The notes beneath the pieces are model-generated. The model saw only the letters and a program-made list of their open reading frames with translations. It ran no database searches and had not been told where the DNA came from. Position numbers and translations under genes: made by a program. A stretch of 64,000 nucleotides of DNA from Balanoglossus misakiensis. Its lineage: Eukaryota; Animalia; Hemichordata. The stretch spans positions 3,491,703-3,555,702 of the forward strand of contig CM082577.2 in NCBI GenBank assembly GCA_040954595.2, read 5' to 3'. Of this stretch, positions 12,127 through 23,046 are shown in pieces; the stretch's first letter is position 1; every line of letters starts with the position of its first letter.

Positions 12127-15100
12127 TTAAAGTTGTGGTTCCATGGGAACAAAAGTGAAATTGTAGATTTCTGGTAATCCCACATGCACATCGTGAAATT
12201 CCGAAGACCACTGGAATGGAGGCAACGCTGTACCCAGCGTTGGACCATTGATTGCCTCTGACTTCAGCTGTTTGGCCATGTGATAGTCTGTCACCTGCAA
12301 TGAAGATAAACAAAATTTACAACCAGAAGCTTCCTGTATCCAACCCTTGCCAGATCATAACATGGCTTAATATCATTGGATTTTTGGTGAGGTATAGCAA
12401 TGAAATACAGAGCAACAGGCACAATGAAATTACTTAACACTTTTGGTGAACATGCTCAGTTTATACATTCAAACATACGCAAATTTAACCAGCAAATTAG
12501 CAATCCCACAATCCACTACAATATCAAATCTTTCCAATGGACAATCATTACACAAAAGGAAAACAGTGACGATAAACAAACAGTACCTTTGTATCATAGC
12601 AGCCGCTTGCTTTGGGGTTTTCTTTGTTCAGATCATCACGGCAACAGATTGCCTTGCAAGGATCCATTTGAGAATAATCATCATGTAGATAATCTGCCCG
12701 AAAAGGAAAAAAAAAGTGATGCCAAAGGCAATGAGAACCACTATCTTTATCCTTGACCCTGGGTCAAAGGTCAAATTTTAAAAGTGAAACATTCTTTTTG
12801 AAAACAAAGCCTTCTATTCCTACCATTGTATCTCATGATACGTTTCATGTCCCTGAAGGACATGACTTTGCCTTGGTCTCTTCGGAATATTTTCGCCCTA
12901 GGGGCCAGCTGGTAGGAGTAGTCGGTGCCAAATTTGGCCACCATGTCAGCATAACCGCTGATGATGAAAATGTCCTCGTAAAACGGTACGTTGTACGACG
13001 GAAAATAGCCTATGGGATCAGAGAAAAATGGTGTGCAGTCAGAGGTCACAGGTCATATGATAGATGGATATATTGAGATGATTTCTGGCTTGAAATGTGT
13101 GATAAATTAACCCTCCCACCCGGCCACCCCCCTCACAATAAAAATTTCATTTACCAGGCACATGTTCTAACCTAAATGTTATTTTAAGATTGGCAACTGT
13201 ATTTCAACATGACATATGTTCTGGATCAGATGGTCAGTCATCTGATCAAGGAAACTGTTAAATTAGTCTGAGTCTAACACAGATATATTTAACTGACTAT
13301 AGTCGGCTATATCTGCAAATAATGCTCATCAATTTTCATTTCCTTGCCAGGATAAAAAAAACATCAAAGAAGAATCTCAAGAAACTCTTCCAAATGCGGA
13401 ATTTTTGTTTGCATAATACAGAAGAGCTGTTGGCAGAGTACCGGTACTGAACAATGAAATCTAACATTATTCGCTATTGACAACGTGACTGGTGGCCTTA
13501 GCAAATCTGCTTTGCTGATCGACTTAAACAGATGTTGGCACTTTTTTAACACTTGCCTGCTCTGAGAATGGCACTCTGATCACCAGACTGTACCACGGTC
13601 GGCATCTGCTCAACTACCCACAATGCATTGTCATCGATGCTTTGGTTGAGGTGAATAAGGTTGAGGTTTAGAATCATGTATTCATTGTTGTAAGTTCCTG
13701 AAATCAAGAATACAACCAAGTCACGATGATAACACTTTTGCATTTAGACAGTGTTTTAGGAATGAATAAAATCCTTCATATTCATATTTTAAATAAAAGA
13801 ATCTCTACAAACCGAACACTTCCTTCAGTCATTTTGTCAGTGTAAACAGGTTTTACTACAGTAAAATTATACATATAATCAGCAGCATGCCATATTACCA
13901 TAGAGGGCAATTACCTGAGTTGTGTCTGGCCAGGATTTCAGACCATTCTTTGCCATTGTGGGCCAGCATATTGGCTGCCCGTACTCTGAACCATGCGGGC
14001 AACGATTCTGGCACTATGGTGTCATACAGTGAGTTGTTGTAGACATTGATCGATGTCTGTAACATCACTAAACCATTACCGAGGATGTAGAAATCATCCA
14101 ATGACTCTAGGAAGCCTAGCAAATAAATGAAGAATGAGAGAACTTAATAAATATTACTAGGTTTCGAATAATCACACACACACATGCACACACACACAAT
14201 TTATATCAAAGTTTTAGAACACCTATGACATTTCTTGAGTTAAGCATACTTACCTGGATAACTTGAAAATGACATCTGTTTTGATGCAATGTCCACTCCT
14301 TGCAAATTGAAATTGTAATGTTTGTAAATGCGTGAAGTACTGGCATATGCAAACCAACTGGAATGTGACATGAAAATATTCTCATATGCACCCAGCACCT
14401 GTTAAAATAAGAATTCCACCAAAATGACAGAGGTTTGAGAGTTTGAATTGGCATTGAATCTGATGCAAGGTGATATGTGTCTGTATCTCTGAGTTGTGTA
14501 ATAATATACACTGTATATATCTGTTTCATGTTTTTAACTCCAACGTAAAAAGGCCAATGCTGTATAAATATGGTGAGATCCAGATATACAGAAATAAAAA
14601 GAAAGACATTTTTATTAATCATGTACGCGTATGTATAACCTCGATGGTTTACTCACCTTAATGAGGGCAGAACAGTGTCCGTGCGACACGAAATAATCCT
14701 GAAACTCTGCTGGAGTCATTTTTGACCAATCTGGTCTGGTCGCCGGTGAGAGAGCCAGGGTAAGGTCGATGAGGTCACCGACGCCATTCAACACTTGGAA
14801 AGCAAATCTTTCTAGACTCTGTGGAGACAGCAAATAGAAAGTGTTCAGTTTGATGCACCGCTGACTGATCAGTCAACTTGAAAACTGAAGTCACATTTGA
14901 GCTGTAAGTGAGGTTATAGACATCTATAATAATAGTACACACACCTTATTCTGGTAGGGATTATTGGAGTAACCATCCACCAAACCATCAAACTGTGCCA
15001 TTATCACTCCAACAGATTTCCAAAATCGATCCTTTGGATTTTTGAGAATCATTTTCTTCATCCACATTTCTTGCTCGTTAAAGAACTTTTTTACTTTAGG

Positions 15101-16020
15101 CTCAATTGCTTTTTTCGCTTTACTGAAAAAGACTGGGCGGATGTTCAAGTAGTGTTGGTAAATCCTCCTGCATTGGGGAACGAGAAAGCAGACAAAAAAG
15201 CAAAGTTTAAGTTAATAATCAGCCCAGTAAATGTTATTCAAGTTATAATGTTAAAAAGGAAAAGAAAGTTATATGTTTGGTAAACAGTGTAATCTTTTTG
15301 AAACAATTATTCTGTCCAACTGTGTTTGTGATAAAATTGTTAAGGCTGTAAAGATCGATTATTCTAGAAATATAGAATCTCTAAAAGGTCCTTATTTTTG
15401 TATGGTCTTATCAGACAAATTTTGGGCCGTGACGTGTGTACACTGTATACATACATACTATCATGAAAAGTTTTCCAATACACATACTCAGCTGTGAGGG
15501 CGCCTTCCAAGTAGCCAGCGGCGTACATGGTTTTCACATCATCAGACTGCGTCTTGCTGTAGCCTGCTTTGATGTTGAGAACACCCCATCCGGTGCTGGC
15601 GAGGGTGTCGTTGTACGTTCCATATGCCACTGACGTATTGTCAAGCTTCCATGTTAAAACCGGTGTCGTACCGACGAAGGCGACAGACCCCTGCGTGTAG
15701 GTTGCTGGGGGAAATTTCAACATAGCAACGAAAAAAAAATGAACCGTGAAGTTCACGACAGTCAACGTTTTTTTACACCACGTCGCAAATGTGTCAGTCT
15801 TTCTGCAGTCTTTTTGCCCAAATCTCAAACTTTCAATCTCACCAACTTTCGTTCACAATTTTGCGCTTGCAAATGTAAGTTTTGAAGTACATGTACCATT
15901 CAGTACATTACTACCTCAGTATCCCGCTGCGTTTTATCACTCACCTGTCACTATCTTCGTCATTACCATCATCCACACAACGAAAATACTAGTAAAGAGC
16001 ATATTCCTGTCTGCCATCAT
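12127..16020 (-). CDS. PLBD1: Phospholipase B-like 1, copy B (tandem paralog), probably 10 coding exons
   Basis: Exons 15945-16020 (signal peptide [25 protein letters not shown]), 15488-15704, 14945-15167, 14657-14818 (GHCSALIK), 14254-14398, 13915-14115, 13557-13697 (GC donor), 12824-13009, 12587-12693, 12127-12294. The last nine exon lengths (217, 223, 162, 145, 201, 141, 186, 107, 168) match copy A exactly. Confidence 0.93.
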
Positions 16021-16114
16021 ATCTAAATCGACTGGAATAACAAAACAGAAAGGAGAAACCGAGTACCCGGCCCAGTGAATGACTATACGCGTATACGAGT
16101 CAGCTGTAAATTTT

Positions 16115-16139
16115 GTCATGTGATTCCAACACACGTGAC
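16115..16139. promoter_or_regulatory. Candidate MITF/TFEB-type E-boxes (M-box GTCATGTGA and CLEAR-like CACGTGAC) upstream of PLBD1-B
   Basis: GTCATGTGAT at 16115-16124 and CACGTGAC at 16132-16139, ~95-120 bp upstream of the ATG of a lysosomal hydrolase. Confidence 0.5.
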
Positions 16140-17545
16140 AGTCCGGTGACCTAACAAAACGAGGTCATATGTCGTGTGTTCTCTGTTTGCTTCTAACTGT
16201 AACAAGAAAATCGAGATTAACTGAAAGGGACTGCTCAGAATTTACTTTTCTGATGTTTTATTTTTAATAAACCTCACTGATACATAAACATTATAATCAA
16301 AGCACAGTGACAGAACAGGTCACAAAGCCAGACATGACAAATATAAGTTTACATACAATTACAACTGTGGCGAAATCTTAGGAATATGTACATAATTCTT
16401 ACAATGTGATACACTCAGTTGAAAAATTCGGTAACTATTTCCACAAGGAATATTTTTGTAAGAACTGAACAATACCAGCTAAGAATTCTTGTAGCCATTG
16501 AAGCAAGCTCTACAGTGTTGTTTTTAGCCAAAGTATAACAAAAAGTTCATTTTGTGTACAACCAGTATCATGTAAATCAAAAACATGTAAATCACAATGG
16601 TCACCTGACACAGTTTGACCAATGGTGCACTTTCAGCTTTATCTGAACGCAAATGGACAAAAATACTCAAGTTACAAGTTTCTATCTTTGTGATTAGCTG
16701 TTTATGAAGCTTTATAAAAAAAATAGTTGTCACTGGAATTATAAAAACAAATTAAAATATGGATATGACAGCTCCGTGTAAAAATAAAGGAGTATTGGAA
16801 TGTATAAATCATAATCAAAAACCTATGCACATAGTATCAGACTGATGTAGGCAAGATAGTTTAGCACCTGAAATACAAGTAGTCACAGTAATCAATTTGA
16901 AAAAGTAAATTTTGAGACTGCTCTACCAGAACAGTTTGAGCATTTCATTGACAGAATATATTGCTTGAAAATACTGAATACAAAACTAGTAATTTCAAGG
17001 TGAGATTGAGGAGCAACTAGTACTTATACAGAAGTTTTCTTTACCAAAAAAAACTAATTTCTAAGTTTAAAAAAGAAACTGCGCTCAGAACTTGCTGTTT
17101 TGTTATAACTTTTTACACCATATATACTGTACAAGTATTTACATGAAACGTCATACTGTAAATATTAGCTTGGTTTTGTTGCAAAAGATTTCATAGATCT
17201 CAAATCAACAGAAAAATACATAATGCGTCACCTATATCTACACAGAAACCTGTCTTAAGCGTACACCTGTTCAGTATAGAATGAGTGGATGGTTAGATGC
17301 ACACAAGGGAAATCATTTTTCACACAAATGAGTTCAGCAGTCTTAGTACTTTGAGTTCTGGAGGATGTTTTTTTCTCTCAATGTAAGACTGTCCTACTAG
17401 CTGCCGACAGTATTGCAAAATGAAGCAAAGGTACATGACTTCCACTCAGTAAAGCTTTGATTACCCTGTTACAATTTCCATCTCACGGCACTGACATTAC
17501 GACCTTTGACCCAGGTCACACACAGCCAACCCATGTGACCAACCA

Positions 17546-18177
17546 CTAAAGTCTCTTATGCTCAATGTCAGGGTTATGTTCATATTCATAGTCCAGGTGT
17601 ACAAACGCTCTCTCCACGTGTGGGAGCTTCTCCAGTTTGATCTGAAGCGGTTCCCCGACATTGTGAGCTTCTTTCAAGGTCATGTCCTCTGCCAAGACAA
17701 TATCAACCTGTGAGTTTGAAACAAAATTAAACCATTACTGAGTTAAGTTAGCCAAAAACCAGATCGCAGAGATGAAAAATGATTGATATGTTTTATGAAA
17801 GCCAGCAACAATGAGGCAGTTTGTAGAACAAGAAAGTAAAATTCACCTCCACAATGTAGTTGTAGCCAATATGGAAAGCCCTGACTGTATCAATCTCAGT
17901 AATTCGTTCGTCGTGGTGGAGACAAATCCAGGTGATCTGCTGCAGGAACTCTGGGGGCGCTGTTTTTCCAGCCAGCTTCTTGATTTGTACTGGAGAAAGA
18001 AACAATTACGAGAGATGGATTCTTTGGCCCGTTACCATGGTTATAGCCTTCTGTGTATACAGTGTTCAGTGTCCTGGTGTAAAACTCCAAGAGGCAAAAT
18101 TTTGTGGTGTCATCATGAAGAGTAAATGCTTGATGCTGATGCAAGAGACTGAGATAGAACAAAACACATGCAGTTAT

Positions 18178-18212
<35 letters not shown>

Positions 18213-21200
18213 AAAATGAACATAAAATCCTAATACCTGCTCCAGTCTGGTACCAGTTGTAGAATATGTACATACTGATTACTATAGCACCAATAGGATC
18301 AGCATACAACCAATAATAGGTGGCTGAAAATTAAGAGCCAAGTATTAGAATTTGTCACAACTAATTTCACTATGAAATTTTGCACATGGTTTTGTCTGTA
18401 CGAAGGGGCACATGACAAGTTTGAATCCCAGATTTCACTTATCCAAACATTCTCTGCAAGCAACTTACCGATAGCACCACACACCAACGCTACAGTGTTG
18501 GACATGACGTCATTCCTGTGATCCAGCGCAAGAACAGCGGTTGACGGTGATTTGATCCTCTTGCAGAACAGGTACAGCAGAAACTTGATCACTATTGTCC
18601 CTGTCATCGAGAGATACAGGTCCAAAAGTTAGTCAGAATTATCCAGCACTTGGTGGAAGGGGGGGGGGGGGGGTGGAGAAACTGTCAAGCATAATCAATG
18701 AATTACAACATACAGCCACAGAAAAGCACTCACCACACATAACCACGATGCTGGCAATGTCCATGTTCACCGCCGATTTCTCCACAATTCTGTTGATGGA
18801 TTCAATGATGATCTGTACGGCACACACGGCCATGATGGACGACAGCACCAGAATGGCCAATGGTTCAATGCGTTGCTTCCCTACAACATATGAAATATTT
18901 AAATCCATCAATTGTCGCCACTCCTGTAAATATGAACTTATGGTTTCTTTTACTATCGAAGGGGAGATCATGCAAAAAAGAATGTCCCCACACAGTCACG
19001 CGCCTCTTTTAAGTATATATGGGCAAATGTAAATTAGAAGTGACAGCGCATCTGTAACACACTGATCATCTGTGCAGAACCCAGAAGATTATATAAACAT
19101 GGTCTACTTACCGACTGGATATTTGTAAATGTTGGATTTCCTCATTGCTCTCCCAGAATACCAGATGATCAAACCAGAGACCAAATCAATGGTGCTGTCC
19201 ACCAGACTGGAGATGACAGAGATGGAGCCCGACAGGTGTACGGCAACCGACTTGGCAGCCAATAGCAGCTGAGAGTGAAGAGTAAACAGCCAATCAAATT
19301 GGTGATGTCTCAGACACAGCTGCAGACATACAAAGCATCTGAAGTACAAACTCCCAGCAGATTTGGGTGTTCTGTACATTTGTTTTGTGAAATTTAAGGA
19401 ACATACAGTCATGCCCCAAATGAAATCAATCATTTATTGAGGAGACTTGCTATAAATTTACAGGAAAGAACCGCCCTTATCATTTAAGGAATTCTTGCAA
19501 ATGAACACAAACCAAAAATATCAATGGATGATATGAAAATCTCACCACATTCATCAAGAAGCTTATCTTGGCAGCTCTGCTGACCCACACAGCATGTGTC
19601 TTCATCTTCATGTCAAGTACGCTTTGGTTGTCCTCCGTTATATCGATGGTCTCTTCAAATGACTGGATGACAGCGTCTTGTTTCTGGTAGAAGGACCTGC
19701 GGCAGAAATATGGCTGTGGTGTCAGGGAATGGCGTGTTAAGTCAGTAAGTCAGTCAGTCAGTAAATGGCGTGTACAACCACAATTTTTCAACCACACACA
19801 CACACAAAGGCAAAATCTCACCTGACTGAACTCTTCATTTTTTTCCCTTTGTGCATTCTCTTTTGCTGCGCTTCTTGCATGGCTACAAGGGATGTGTAGG
19901 TGTAATCTTTCCTCACAGAGCAGCCTTCCGACACCGTTTCAACTTCATCTAGATCTACGAAGCAGAATTGAAAGATCATGCCTATTATTGTAAAAATATC
20001 ATACTTGTTCAGAATTTATTTATTCTCTTTCACAAAGATGTGACCTTTGTAATAAGAGGACAGCATCTGCAATATTTCAGTATTTTTTGTTTTTGTTTTT
20101 TGCATCAACTACAATTTCTTGTCCTCCCTATAGTAGCTCAAAATACCCAGTTTTCTGCTCATGTGATTGTCATGTGCAGTGAGGATTGTTATTGTTGTCA
20201 AAAAGCATTAATTTTAATCTTAATCTTTCATTTCTTATAGAACGCATTACATAATCAACTATACAAGTCAACAAGATTGTAAATATGTATAAAATCATAT
20301 AAAAAGGTAGAATTCTAAACAACAGTATGGCACACAACTCAATTTATTTATTAAATTGTCATCTCCTGCTCACACAATGGACTGGAAAAACGACCTTCAC
20401 CTTAGCACGCAAAGACACAACAGACAGAACTGATAACAGAAGTCTTTACTCTAACACAAAATTTGCCAGGTCTCAGCTGGCCTCAACTGATTATATTATT
20501 TTTTTCCAAGTCAGCCAAGGTCCACATTATTGACAACACTTAGAAAAGTACCCAGGCTTCCTCAGATGCAATTACATCGTGAGCATAATCTGAGTGAACA
20601 ACTGGCTGATGATGGGTGATCTTCATTTCTCATTCCTGAGACTGACATGTCAGACATATTTTGCAGCATTCCAAGAATTTTCCAACCCTCACGATTCAGT
20701 TTCCTCTTACATAACCCATACCAGCAAGTCATTCTGGAGCTTTTTGCCCAGTTTAGTATATATTACAACTAAAAGTACTATTTATTTCAAATAGGTTTTT
20801 GTGTTATTTTGGATATTTGTCCTTTGTTCAGGAAGTTCTTTCGATAAAAAATTTGCTGAATCACTGTTGCCTAGGTTAAACTCATAGTCACGTGTTTAAT
20901 ATATCCTGTTTCAGGTTACACTGTAATAGACTAAAAAACAATTGATTCATGTGCAGACACGATGCAGTGCATGAGAGATGCATATTGTCCCAGGTCTCTC
21001 CTAACAAAATGAAGGCTATTTTAGTGCATGCATATGGTACATGTACATGTTAGTCTCACATAAGTCACTGAATCGCCTGGAGGACACAATTTCAACAGTG
21101 ATGACGTCACGAACATTACCCCCCCCCCCCCATGATAATGTCAGTGAACTCCACATCTTATATAATTTTTGTACGCATGAATATGCGTCTCGATGGCTGT

Positions 21201-21704
21201 GGAAACATTGTTTCATGTGACCTCTAGATGACCACATCAAAGCTCAAGCGTCTGTCTGGCTCCTCTGTCGGTCCTACCAACTACCACATCACAAGGTACT
21301 ACGAGTTTCCATGACAACGAAATGGCTCAGTAAATCAGTTTTTTTAAGCTGACATATGTCTACAATTTTATTATGAGAAAATAACATGATTTACCTGTCT
21401 GTGCTAAACTGCCATTTGAAGGTGTTTTAATCCGTACATGTGGTTCCATCGCCGGTATTTTAACGACAAGGGCGTCCGCCTCACGTGCATTTTCTTCAGA
21501 CAGATCACCCTTATCTTGGGCTGCTTGACCTTGAGTGCCGTTCTGTTTTATGGGTGAAGGTGAAGGTGATTTCTCCGGAGCGGGATTGTTATCATCATCG
21601 ACTGTGTCGTCGATGGATGGTGACTGTCTGTCATGATTTCTGTGCGGTTCTAGCGGTGTCGTTTCTTCCGATGGTTGATGACTTGCGTTCTTCACATCAG
21701 CCAT
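17546..21704 (-). CDS. Cation diffusion facilitator, Mn-CDF / plant metal tolerance protein (MTP8-11)-like, 9 coding exons
   Basis: Exons 21395-21704 (ACCATGG start, low-complexity N-terminus), 19822-19954, 19546-19696 ([12 protein letters not shown]), 19112-19268 ([12 protein letters not shown]...YKYPVG), 18734-18880 (KQRIEPL), 18469-18600 (LALDHRNDV), 18237-18323 (ADPIGA), 17847-17989 (IDTVRAFH), 17546-17707 ([28 protein letters not shown]...EH). Confidence 0.92.
18179..18210. repeat. (CA)n microsatellite in CDF intron
   Basis: About 16 perfect CA units. Confidence 0.95.
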
Positions 21705-21966
21705 GGTGTTGTTGATGCAGAGCGCTGCAGATCTCGAATCCAATCGTCAAAACAGTCTGGTTGATTTATCATCCGAGGTTTAGATTTGGATGTCGACTTT
21801 GTACTGGTTAGTGACAATCAACACTGCATATTACACTGAATATGGCAAATGCCGAAACCCACCAGTCAAGCAGTTTAATCCCTCGCTCGCCGAGTAAACA
21901 GCAAAGATCAATTACGTCACATATTCATGAGCGACCTCGACCGACCGCGACCGATGACCTGATACA

Positions 21967-21991
21967 AGTCATGTGATCGCCTCACATGACT
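21967..21991. promoter_or_regulatory. Inverted pair of M-boxes (AGTCATGTGA-5 bp-TCACATGACT) in the CDF/SLC10 divergent promoter region
   Basis: Perfect 10-bp inverted repeat, each arm a MITF/TFE-type M-box, ~265 bp upstream of the CDF ATG; CRE-like TTACGTCA at ~21912. Confidence 0.55.
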
Positions 21992-23046
21992 ACTCGCTTG
22001 CAGCGAACAGCGAGCGCAGATGGAACGATGCTAAGCCTGCCTTTCGTTTTACTTTAAATAAACGTAAAACAGACACGACGATTCCAAGTTTCCTTGTTTT
22101 ATTTTTCTGTCACTTCGGCAACACAAAGTTTTATATGCACGATAAGGCTGCAGCCCTGTCCCGCAGAGATTAGATATGTACAATAGCAAAACATCACATA
22201 CAACATTGTCATTGAACCTGTGCTGCTTGGGTGATAAGCTACTTCGCAAGTGTTAGTTAGTAGTCTGCTAGCCTGGTCTCCATACCCAGTGTGTTTTAGA
22301 TAGACTCCTGTCTGTAACCGTACGAGAAATCAACACAGTGAAGCAAAAATCAATTTCGAGGATAAACTTGTTCCCCCGTCAAATATTTGTGATTTTGTAA
22401 ACGTTATGCGCTGTACTTTCGCGTTTGCGGCTGAAAGACATGACAAGGTGAGAATGGTTATCTTTAATGCGAAAGAACGGAGAAAATATACAATAGCCTA
22501 TAAATTTGTTTACTAAAAAAATATGCACCTTATTGGCAGAGTGATCTTGCCAATAACACATCACTTTTTTGCACGAACAAAGCCTACGTTTTACTGTTTT
22601 CAGCGGCAAGGGCAAGAGTATCTCGCCAAATGATATCTCGCCAAATGACATTTTCTAATGTTCCAAAGTTCTTTACTTCTTGGCAATTCGCCAACTTTCG
22701 TTCGGTCACTTGGCGAAACAAGCCATCATTTCAAAAGCCGCAGCATCTCAGCTAGTACTTCCCCTTTCCCCTCCCCGTGGTAAAATGGGTTCGCCCGCAC
22801 CCAAAAGCGTGACATCGTTGTCCAGACCAGAGATCTATTGCGGTATTGTGCCTGCATTTATTACACAAGAAACAACGCACTTAATTTAGAGTGCGCAGCG
22901 CAGTTGACAGTGCGCAGCCGGCTAGTCCGTACAATATGGGTCTATCTGTATACTTATTGGGTGTTGACTGTAGCGGACCGCTGGTAGGCCCATGGCAAAA
23001 GTAACCGAAGGACAAAACACGAATTCCAATCCACAGTAAGGAGTTG

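Noticed and set aside
17546-17560. C-terminal KRL of the CDF protein as a peroxisomal targeting signal
   Set aside because: It is not a canonical PTS1, and PTS1 targets matrix proteins rather than polytopic membrane proteins.
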